From assembly GCA_016745075.1 (NCBI GenBank), contig JADGDD010000002.1:130034-194033 (forward strand): a DNA stretch of 64,000 nt. Direction: 5' to 3'. The notes below the pieces were generated by a model. The model saw nothing but the letters and a program-made list of their open reading frames with translations. It had not been told where the DNA came from and searched no databases. The position numbers and the translations under genes are program-made. Positions 53,190 through 60,776 of this stretch are shown one piece after another; position 1 is the first letter of the stretch; the number at the start of each line of letters is the position of its first letter. This DNA is from Planctomycetota bacterium (GTDB taxonomy: Bacteria; Planctomycetota; UBA11346).

Positions 53190-53224
53190 AAAAGGAACAG
53201 CCTAGGGGTGTACCCTAGGCTGTT
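53190..53224 (-). terminator. Terminator of the sor-like operon
   Basis: AACAGCCTAGGG-5nt-CCCTAGGCTGTT stem followed by CCTTTT on the minus strand. Confidence 0.7.
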
Positions 53225-53253
53225 ATGGTAGGTTACACATGTATACGGTAGTC

Positions 53254-54063
53254 TTATGCGCGAGATTTACCACCAGAGATGTTGATGGTGGTGCCGTGCA
53301 CGTAAGAAGCACGGGTGCTAGAGAGATAGACAATCAAATCAGCTACCTCAGACAATTTACCACTACGGGTGAGCGGGATGGTGCTCGTATTACCATACCC
53401 AGCGCGTAACTCATCGACTGTTTTTCCGCGTGTGTAGGCAAGAGAACTTTCGTAAGCATCATTACGCAAAGCGGTGGCTTCCATAATGCCAGGAGCAACA
53501 CCAACCACACGTACACCATGTTTGCCAAGTTCTTTAGCCCAGCTGCGGCTGAGGTTGTACGCGGCAGCTTTGGTTGCTGCGTAGACGCTTTGGCCTTCAG
53601 AACCTTCAGAACCAGATTCAGAGGCAAGGTTAATAATCGCGCCACCTTTACCATCAGCCATCATTGCGCGTGCACTTGCTTGAGCACAAAGGAATTGGCC
53701 TTTCATATTGATGCTAACAACTTTGTCCCAAACTTCTTCGGTCATTTCTTCTTGACCGTTTGGGTCAACGAGTAGACGCGGAATATTGATACCAGCGTTA
53801 TTAACGAGTACGTCCAAGCGACCATATTTTTCAACGGCGAAGGCAACAACGGCATCAACCATTTCTTTATTGGTTACGTCACATTTAACGAAAGATGCAT
53901 GGTCACCAAGTTCAGCAACGGCTGCATTGCCAGCATCTTCATTAAAATCAGCAATAATAACATATGCGCCAACATCGGCAAAACCTTGAGCGATAGCTCG
54001 GCCAATGCCGAGTGCGCCGCCAGTGATGATGACTGTTTTGTTTTCGAGTTCGAGCCAAGACAT
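53254..54063 (-). CDS. sorD: Sorbitol-6-phosphate 2-dehydrogenase (SorD/SrlD-type SDR)
   Basis: Start ATG 54063 (MSWLEL); NNAGINIPRLLVDP, SEGQSVYAATK, RSWAKELG, GVAPGIME, LAYTRG, GGKSR. Confidence 0.82.
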   Translation of the reverse strand: MSWLELENKTVIITGGALGIGRAIAQGFADVGAYVIIADFNEDAGNAAVAELGDHASFVKCDVTNKEMVDAVVAFAVEKYGRLDVLVNNAGINIPRLLVDPNGQEEMTEEVWDKVVSINMKGQFLCAQASARAMMADGKGGAIINLASESGSEGSEGQSVYAATKAAAYNLSRSWAKELGKHGVRVVGVAPGIMEATALRNDAYESSLAYTRGKTVDELRAGYGNTSTIPLTRSGKLSEVADLIVYLSSTRASYVHGTTINISGGKSRA

Positions 54064-54276
54064 GGGTGTCTCCAAAAGAATAAAAAGAAAAAGGAACGAC
54101 AGAGGCGAGAGAATAGGAGGCATTTAAAAAAGGAAAAGAAAGAATGTTTTGTATAAAGCTCTGATGCATAAAAACGGTTTGTTTATGGTGCCGATGCATC
54201 GGTATGCGAAATAGAGTTTTATAAAAACATTCCTAATTTCTTCTTTGTGTGCATATTGCTCTTGTGTGTTTTACAT

Positions 54277-56058
54277 TTATGAAAGAGTTAAGGGGTAAGC
54301 TTTGCCGAAAGATTCAAAGAGAATTTCTTCAACTCGACGTGACCACACATCGCCATTGCTGGCAAGCTCATCAGCGGCGGCTTTAAGGGCGGTGGCTACT
54401 ATTTCGTTTGCAGTTTCAGCGGCTTTACGGAAATCGGCTGCGCTAACGGCTACCCATGGTAAATCTGCTAAATCAGTAAAGACATAAAAGCTACCAAATG
54501 GAGCGGATGCTTCTACATCATCCATCATAGCTAAAGTATGGTTGAGCCCACAAACACCTTTGACCATCCAGTCAAAATTGACGGGGTTTTGACCTTGAAG
54601 TGCCATGTCATCTGCGTGTGGTTCGGAAGTGTTGGTCATTGCCCACGGTACATTACTGCCGCAAAGTTGATGACGGCTGGTATAATGGCTGTGCTTGGAA
54701 CGGATGGCAATATCGCAATCACCATCCACAAAAGCAACGGCAGCATTACGGGCAAGTTGTAGCTCGCGAGTGCTGTAGCGTTTGGCTGCTTCTGTACCAG
54801 TGCCAGCAATAAAGACATCGGTAAATTGTGTACCCTCAGGAACGGTATCATAGCACGTGTATACCGTTGCACCATTACAGGCCGCACGATAAGTAGCGCT
54901 GCGTTTGTCTGAGGCAAAACCGTCAAGTAAGACAACAGCTTCTTTAGCAAGACCATAGTGACGTTCAGGATTATTAGGATGCACATTATGATGCATGCCA
55001 GCAATGACGGTTTCTGCTTCTTCCTCAAGGGAGGCGTAGTTTGTAGCGGCATCAATATGAATCTGTAAAACGAGCTCAGGGTCAGCGGCACCAGCATAAT
55101 TATTAATATTACCGCCAGTTGCAATAATAGCGCAGGCTTGCGCGTAGACATCGGTCGTAGCGAAGTTGGTCCAGATGATTTCTGGTTTGCCTTCTGATTG
55201 CAATTTGTCGATGATGTTCGGGTCACGACGGTCAATCAAGACTACTTTTGTACCAGCGGCACGTAGACGTTTAATAAGATCAAAATGATCAAGTTCGTCT
55301 AATTTTGCTTGGGAGCCGGTTATGTAAACAACGCTTGGTAATTCTTCTGGGGGAACGCTGGCAACAATAGTCAGGTTAATCATCGCCATGCGGGCGGTGC
55401 CAGCAAGATAAGCAATTTTAGCGCGTGGTGGGACACCGTAGATAAAATCACCATTGTCAGCTGTGGTGAAAATGAATTTATTCGTGCCGTAGTTACAGGC
55501 AAATGGTTCAGAATGGGCAAGGCTGACAATGCTTGTTTCATCATTAGCAGGGACCGCATTAAATAAATTACCAAAACCTTGGCTTTTTACAAAATCAATC
55601 GCACTTACAGGAATGGCGTTAAATGGACGTAGGCCGCCAAAATTTCTGTAGCTATAGCCAAGTGATGGCAATACACCATTTTCATTATCAAGCTCAAAAG
55701 AAGCAGGATTGACCGGCAAAGCAGAATGGCCTGGTGTAATAAAAACAATATCGCCAGCAGTAAGGCCTGTTGATTCTGGAGCTTCTACAATGACTTGCAG
55801 CGTTTCGTGGCCAAGAGCAACTTGTGTGGCATCGTTTGGTACACGTGCATGCTGATGAAATTGTTTAATGGCTTTTCCATCAGAAGCACAGCGACAATTC
55901 CCAAGAGAATAACTTACCACATGATCGCCAGTAAAAACATTCTTTGGTAAGTCATCTTCAAGTAATTGAATTTCACTTGGCCCAGTAATGAAAACACCTT
56001 TGTGGGATTCACGGCTTTGTATGGCGAGTTTTTGAGCATATTCAGTGCGGGTTGTCAT
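54277..56058 (-). CDS. sorE: L-sorbose-1-phosphate reductase-like (SorE) medium-chain dehydrogenase, enlarged
   Basis: CASDGKA..HARVP..GHE, GYSYRNFGG, SEPFAC; 593 aa. Confidence 0.65.
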   Translation of the reverse strand: MTTRTEYAQKLAIQSRESHKGVFITGPSEIQLLEDDLPKNVFTGDHVVSYSLGNCRCASDGKAIKQFHQHARVPNDATQVALGHETLQVIVEAPESTGLTAGDIVFITPGHSALPVNPASFELDNENGVLPSLGYSYRNFGGLRPFNAIPVSAIDFVKSQGFGNLFNAVPANDETSIVSLAHSEPFACNYGTNKFIFTTADNGDFIYGVPPRAKIAYLAGTARMAMINLTIVASVPPEELPSVVYITGSQAKLDELDHFDLIKRLRAAGTKVVLIDRRDPNIIDKLQSEGKPEIIWTNFATTDVYAQACAIIATGGNINNYAGAADPELVLQIHIDAATNYASLEEEAETVIAGMHHNVHPNNPERHYGLAKEAVVLLDGFASDKRSATYRAACNGATVYTCYDTVPEGTQFTDVFIAGTGTEAAKRYSTRELQLARNAAVAFVDGDCDIAIRSKHSHYTSRHQLCGSNVPWAMTNTSEPHADDMALQGQNPVNFDWMVKGVCGLNHTLAMMDDVEASAPFGSFYVFTDLADLPWVAVSAADFRKAAETANEIVATALKAAADELASNGDVWSRRVEEILFESFGKAYPLTLS

Positions 56059-56184
56059 GTGGAGCGCATCCTTTAGGGAAAATTATGGAAAAAACAAAAA
56101 TGGGGGAAGAGGGAGCCTTTACAAGGTGGGATTGAGTTGCCAACTGATCAACATTCCCGATTTTCTCCCTCTTCTTTTTTTGTT

Positions 56185-56925
56185 TTATCCTTGGATTTTT
56201 TGGTCTGGGTTGTTGAAGTACATATCTTCAAGGCTGTCCCATGCACCAGGAGCGCCAAACAGTGGAAGGTCACGGCTGCGCATAACATTGCCAAGGTTGA
56301 TGACATCTTCTTTGGTGACTTCTTTAATGCCTTGGCCTAGACTCATTGCGCCAATGACGTGACGAGCAGTCATTTCTAGGAGGTCTGTACACATTTGAAT
56401 CCACTCAAGATCGCGTGGGCTCATCATCACCATGCCGTGGTTTTCCATGAGGAAGGTGTTGTAACGTTGCAAGAATGGTGAGAAGTTGTCAGCCAAACGT
56501 TGGGTGAGCGGTTCGCCATAAGGAACAACAGGAACTGGACCAATTTCAGTAATAGTTTCTGGGAAGAGTGGGCTCATCATCCAGTTTTTGCCTTTTGAAA
56601 TGGCAAAGGTGTTGAGTGAAATTGGATGGCAATGCAAAACTGCTTGGATGTCTGGACGTTCGTTAAAAAATTTCACGTACATGGGTGTTTCACCAGTTGG
56701 ACGAGCCGTTCCTTCAATCGTTTCGCCTTTCATATTGAGAAAGACAACATTGTCACGGGTGACGTGACCTTTCCAGTGTTGTGTTGGGGTAATTAAAATA
56801 ACGTCGTCTTCTAATTTCCATGCCAAGTTGCCACCGTGTCCGGTAACGTATTGATGTTTGGCAAGGTGATGGCAGGTGCCAACAAATGTGTCAACTTGGT
56901 CACTGTATTTTTTGAGGTAGCTCAT
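56185..56925 (-). CDS. Class II aldolase/adducin family protein (FucA/RhaD/AraD superfamily)
   Basis: GGN, ITPT, PTGE, HCH and NHG metal ligands. Confidence 0.87.
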   Translation of the reverse strand: MSYLKKYSDQVDTFVGTCHHLAKHQYVTGHGGNLAWKLEDDVILITPTQHWKGHVTRDNVVFLNMKGETIEGTARPTGETPMYVKFFNERPDIQAVLHCHPISLNTFAISKGKNWMMSPLFPETITEIGPVPVVPYGEPLTQRLADNFSPFLQRYNTFLMENHGMVMMSPRDLEWIQMCTDLLEMTARHVIGAMSLGQGIKEVTKEDVINLGNVMRSRDLPLFGAPGAWDSLEDMYFNNPDQKIQG

Positions 56926-57018
56926 AGTAAGATCCTTTTAAGGGTGATTTTAAAGATAAGAGAGAATATGGAGCATTGAAGGAGAACGTTTATGTTGCTT
57001 TCTCCCTCAATGCTTTTT

Positions 57019-58281
57019 TTATTTAGGAAGTACGACTGTTTCTTTACCGACTTTTTCAAAGTAGGCATTTTTTTCTGCGGTGGTGGCGAATTGTTTATGT
57101 GCCCAGTCGCTACAGTAACCATTGCCAGTACGAACGCTTTCAACAGTATGGCCGAAGAGAATGTTTGCGCCGCGACGAAAGCTATCAACAACAGGTGCAA
57201 GTTCTGGTGCGTCAAAATCATCAACAAACTTTAGACCCGGTGCATTGAGCTCGGTGCCAACAATAATAGGCAATTCACGTTCGTTGCACAGCTCTACTAT
57301 TTTATAGAGATTGGCGACTTTTGTTTTTTTCGTTGCTTCGTCTGCAATGTTCCAGTTACGGTCAGGAACAATATTTAAAATGGCAGCGCCTGCGGCTTGA
57401 TGTAGATCCAGTAATTCGCCAATGTCTGTTTCGCCTTGTGTTGTACCATCGAGCCAAGTGATGGTAGGTAGAGCCTTGGTAGCAAGGGCGTAATCGTTAA
57501 TGGCAGTCATTAACGGAAAGGTGTCTTCTTCTGGTTGTTGATAACCAACGCCGCCGCGTTTCATGGTTTTAGAGCGGATCAGCCCTTGTAGTTTTGGACT
57601 GTTGTCAGGGCAGTCGCCAAGTTTTTCTGTCCAGAAGGCGGCACGTTTGTCTGCATCTGGAAAAATCTCTTCTGCTTTATTTTCATAGGCTTGGCAAATA
57701 TGACGTTCAGTTGCATTGCCATTTGGTGTGAGCGGCAGCACGTCTTGGTCGTAATCAAGTTCTACGGGAGCAAGGAATGGGTTGACTGCTCCAAGTAATT
57801 GTAGGTTACGAGCTTTTGCACCGTTGACCAAATCATTGGCCACGTCTTGAGCACCTGCTGGTATATCGCCGTTTATAAAGCCACTTGCCATATGGTAGGT
57901 AATGCCTGGTTCGCCAGGTGAATTGATTTCACGAGTCGAGAAACTTGGGATGTAGGCGCGGGTTTCCATGCCAGCAATCGTTTTGATGCCAAGTAGGCGA
58001 CCAGCATTATGGAATTCTTCTACCCCATCAAGAACGTCAAAGTCAACAAGACCAAGCATACTAAGACCGAGTTTTTTCCCCATCCACGCAATAGCAGAAG
58101 GCGAAAAGTCATAGCCGCTGTAGGAGTAAAAAGAATGGCAATGTAGGTTGACCCAATCACGAGGGGCTTGGCAGCTGATTTCACCAGAGGCAGCTTTTTC
58201 AGCAAGGAGAGCCAGTGCCCTTGCACGTTCGGTAGCATCAAAGCTGTTTAATTGGGTTTCAAGTTGTTCTTGTGTACTCAT
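57019..58281 (-). CDS. PHP-domain protein with non-canonical metal ligands
   Basis: VNLHCHSFYS, GLVDFD, AGME, GTELN. Confidence 0.75.
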   Translation of the reverse strand: MSTQEQLETQLNSFDATERARALALLAEKAASGEISCQAPRDWVNLHCHSFYSYSGYDFSPSAIAWMGKKLGLSMLGLVDFDVLDGVEEFHNAGRLLGIKTIAGMETRAYIPSFSTREINSPGEPGITYHMASGFINGDIPAGAQDVANDLVNGAKARNLQLLGAVNPFLAPVELDYDQDVLPLTPNGNATERHICQAYENKAEEIFPDADKRAAFWTEKLGDCPDNSPKLQGLIRSKTMKRGGVGYQQPEEDTFPLMTAINDYALATKALPTITWLDGTTQGETDIGELLDLHQAAGAAILNIVPDRNWNIADEATKKTKVANLYKIVELCNERELPIIVGTELNAPGLKFVDDFDAPELAPVVDSFRRGANILFGHTVESVRTGNGYCSDWAHKQFATTAEKNAYFEKVGKETVVLPK

Positions 58282-58445
58282 AGGGGTGACTCCCGACGTA
58301 TGGTTGTGTAGGATGATAAAGAGCGTTCTTCTATCACATCCTTTTCAGGGGTAATATCTTAAAACAGCTCGTTTATCGTGTGAGGCGGCAACTCTGTGAA
58401 TGCACTTATTGAATCAAGTAAGAAAATCTTTTTAGGATGCTTTTT

Positions 58446-58485
58446 TGACTGAATATGACCGACATAGATTGACTTTGATCGATGA
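58446..58485. promoter_or_regulatory. Putative DeoR operator: four tandem imperfect 10-bp repeats
   Basis: TGACTGAATA TGACCGACAT AGATTGACTT TGATCGATGA, lying between the divergent operon and deoR. Confidence 0.65.
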
Positions 58486-58503
58486 GCTGTTAGATATGTG
58501 CGT

Positions 58504-59265
58504 ATGATAGAAAAGGAACGGCATCAGCGCATTGTCGATATTTTACGGATGCGGCGTTTTGCTAGCATTCATGATTTGGAGGCTTTGCTCAAGGTCTCTG
58601 AAGCAACCCTGCGCCGTGATTTGCGCAAGATGGATAAGGCCGGTCTGATTAACCGTCTACGTGGCGGTGCAGAGTTACTAAAAACAGAAGAAGACGCTGA
58701 CGGTCATAACCCGAAATTTCGTGAAGCGGATTATTTGGATGCCAAACGCCGAATTGCCATGCGTGCGGTGTCTATGTGTAGCGCAGGTGAAACTATTATT
58801 ATAGATGGCGGTTCTACGACATGGCAAATGGCATCCCTACTAGAATCCCGAAACTTACGGGTGCTCACCAATTCTTTTCCGATTGCCGAGCATCTTATGC
58901 GATACAGCAACAACACAGTTATTTTGCCAGCAGGGGAAATTAAACGCAGTCATTGGGCCATTCTGAACCCTTTTGGTGATGATTTTTTTGCTCATTATTC
59001 CTGTTCGCAGGTATTCATGGGTGCTCAGGGTATCATGGACGGCATGGTGACTAATGATGATACCACGCTTATTATGAGCGAACAAAATATGATTCGTCAT
59101 GCACGTCGTCTTGTTCTTTTGGTCGATAGTAGTAAATTCAAAAACCAAGGCAGTTTGCGTTTATGCCGTCTTGAGCAAGTGCATACGGTTATTACCGACA
59201 CCGGAATAGAAGACGATGCCAAACAAATGATTCATGAAGCCGGTGTAGAATTGATAATAGTCTAA
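58504..59265 (+). CDS. DeoR/GlpR family transcriptional regulator
   Basis: HTH VSEATLRRDL, KRRIA, IDGGST, TNS, LVDSSKF, ITD. Confidence 0.93.
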   Translation: MIEKERHQRIVDILRMRRFASIHDLEALLKVSEATLRRDLRKMDKAGLINRLRGGAELLKTEEDADGHNPKFREADYLDAKRRIAMRAVSMCSAGETIIIDGGSTTWQMASLLESRNLRVLTNSFPIAEHLMRYSNNTVILPAGEIKRSHWAILNPFGDDFFAHYSCSQVFMGAQGIMDGMVTNDDTTLIMSEQNMIRHARRLVLLVDSSKFKNQGSLRLCRLEQVHTVITDTGIEDDAKQMIHEAGVELIIV

Positions 59266-59266
59266 G

Positions 59267-60025
59267 ATGGAACAGATGGGTATAGAGCAGTGGGCTCTGG
59301 TAGTGGCGATAGCAGTATTAGCAGCTCTGATCCAGAGTGGCATTGGTTTTGGTTTTTCACTGGTTGCTGTTCCGTTGCTTTTAAAAACAGATTTAACTAT
59401 GCCAGAGACGGTTGCATTAACGATTATGGCATCCATGGTTCAGCGTTTGATGCTGGTGCGTAGCTTGCGGGATGAAGCACATATACGGAAAAATGCACCG
59501 TACATGTTGGCAGCGATAATGGGTATTCCCTTAGGTGTGTGGTGTTTGCAGCTCATATCTGGTGAGAGTAAAGAATGTATTCGGCAAGGTGTTGGTGCGC
59601 TTATTTTATTAATGATCGTCGTGCAATATTCGATACGTATTCAACCGCGGGCAGTTGTGTCGCGTTCGTGGGGCATGGGCGCTTGTTTTTTAAGTGGATA
59701 TTTAGGTGGCCTTGCAAATGTTGGTGGACCGCCTTTAGTATTGTGGATACTTGCGCATCAGTGGAACACGAGGCGTATTCGTGTTACTCCGGCTGTTATT
59801 TCTCTCAGTTTTGTTCCGTTGCAATGTGGTTTGTTGTGGTTTTTTAACGGCAGCAGTATTATTCTGGCGATGGCTATTGGTCTTGGACTATTCCCCGCTA
59901 TGTGGCTTGGCCATAAGGGAGGATTATGGATTGGTAATAAATTCAACGTCAAGATACTTCGTTTTGTTATTGTGGGCATGCTGATTGGTATGAGTTTATG
60001 GTTTATTACGGAACCTATGTTCTAA
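59267..60025 (+). CDS. TauE/SafE (TSUP) family permease
   Basis: GIGFGFSL and GGLANVGGPP repeats; about 8 TM helices. Confidence 0.8.
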   Translation: MEQMGIEQWALVVAIAVLAALIQSGIGFGFSLVAVPLLLKTDLTMPETVALTIMASMVQRLMLVRSLRDEAHIRKNAPYMLAAIMGIPLGVWCLQLISGESKECIRQGVGALILLMIVVQYSIRIQPRAVVSRSWGMGACFLSGYLGGLANVGGPPLVLWILAHQWNTRRIRVTPAVISLSFVPLQCGLLWFFNGSSIILAMAIGLGLFPAMWLGHKGGLWIGNKFNVKILRFVIVGMLIGMSLWFITEPMF

Positions 60026-60036
60026 AAACACCAATA

Positions 60037-60069
60037 AAACAACTCCGAGCGCTATGCTCGGAGTTGTTT
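60037..60069. terminator. Bidirectional terminator between the tauE-like gene and rpsI
   Basis: Perfect 14-bp stem AAACAACTCCGAGC-GCTAT-GCTCGGAGTTGTTT. Confidence 0.85.
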
Positions 60070-60098
60070 GGGAAATAAATAACGTAGTAACGGGTTGT

Positions 60099-60500
60099 TT
60101 AGCGTTTGCTGAACTGACAACCACGACGAGCTTTACGCAAGCCGTATTTCTTACGTTCAACCATACGGCTGTCGCGAGTAAGGAAGCCATATGGACGAAT
60201 GTTTGGTTCAAGAGCAGGGTCAGCTTTAATAAGTGCGCGGCTCAAACCCATAAGGCATGCACCAGCTTGGCCAGTAGGACCGCCGCCTTTTACGTTGACG
60301 AAAACGTCATACTTATCAGCAACACCAGCAGTTTCGAGAACTTGGATGAAGTCATTACGACGACGCTCAACAGGAAAGTATTGTTCAACAGGACGTTTGT
60401 TGACCGTTACAATGCCAGTACCAGGGGCGATGCGTACGCGGGCGATAGATGTCTTACGACGACCAAGACCCCAGATGTATTCTTTACCTTTTGCAGCCAT
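60099..60500 (-). CDS. rpsI: 30S ribosomal protein S9
   Basis: GRRKTSIARV, GGGPTGQAGA, LTRDSRMVERKK, QFSKR; AGGAG RBS before ATG 60500. Confidence 0.97.
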   Translation of the reverse strand: MAAKGKEYIWGLGRRKTSIARVRIAPGTGIVTVNKRPVEQYFPVERRRNDFIQVLETAGVADKYDVFVNVKGGGPTGQAGACLMGLSRALIKADPALEPNIRPYGFLTRDSRMVERKKYGLRKARRGCQFSKR

Positions 60501-60663
60501 GCAAATTACTCCTGCGCACAAATGCGCTTTTTCTTATGTATAAACGCTTGCAAGCAAACGCGTTGTAAGTCCCATCTCAAGCTGAGGTGGCAAATTGCTG
60601 GTGCACTCTCGTGCTCTTCCAGCGTCTCTGCACACCTGCACGTTAGCACAAGCAGGGCGCGGA

Positions 60664-60690
60664 AGGATAGCGAATTGTTTGCTAGGTCAA
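60664..60690 (-). promoter_or_regulatory. Candidate rpsI promoter TTGACC-N15-TATCCT
   Basis: Read directly; followed by a GC-rich discriminator-like TCCGCGCCC. Confidence 0.55.
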
Positions 60691-60738
60691 GACCAAATAT
60701 AGTGTCATATGGAACTTGACACGTCTGCGCATTGCATA

Positions 60739-60765
60739 TTGACTCGCAACTCCTTTGTCTATCGT
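60739..60765 (+). promoter_or_regulatory. Candidate promoter TTGACT-N15-TATCGT for the FGGY-like gene
   Basis: Read directly, 11 nt upstream of ATG 60777. Confidence 0.5.
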
Positions 60766-60776
60766 TAGTTCCTCCT

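Noticed and set aside
56185..56925. Planctomycete/Verrucomicrobia bacterial microcompartment locus
   Set aside because: The aldolase and DeoR fit superficially, but there are no shell, aldehyde dehydrogenase or phosphotransacylase genes in the window.
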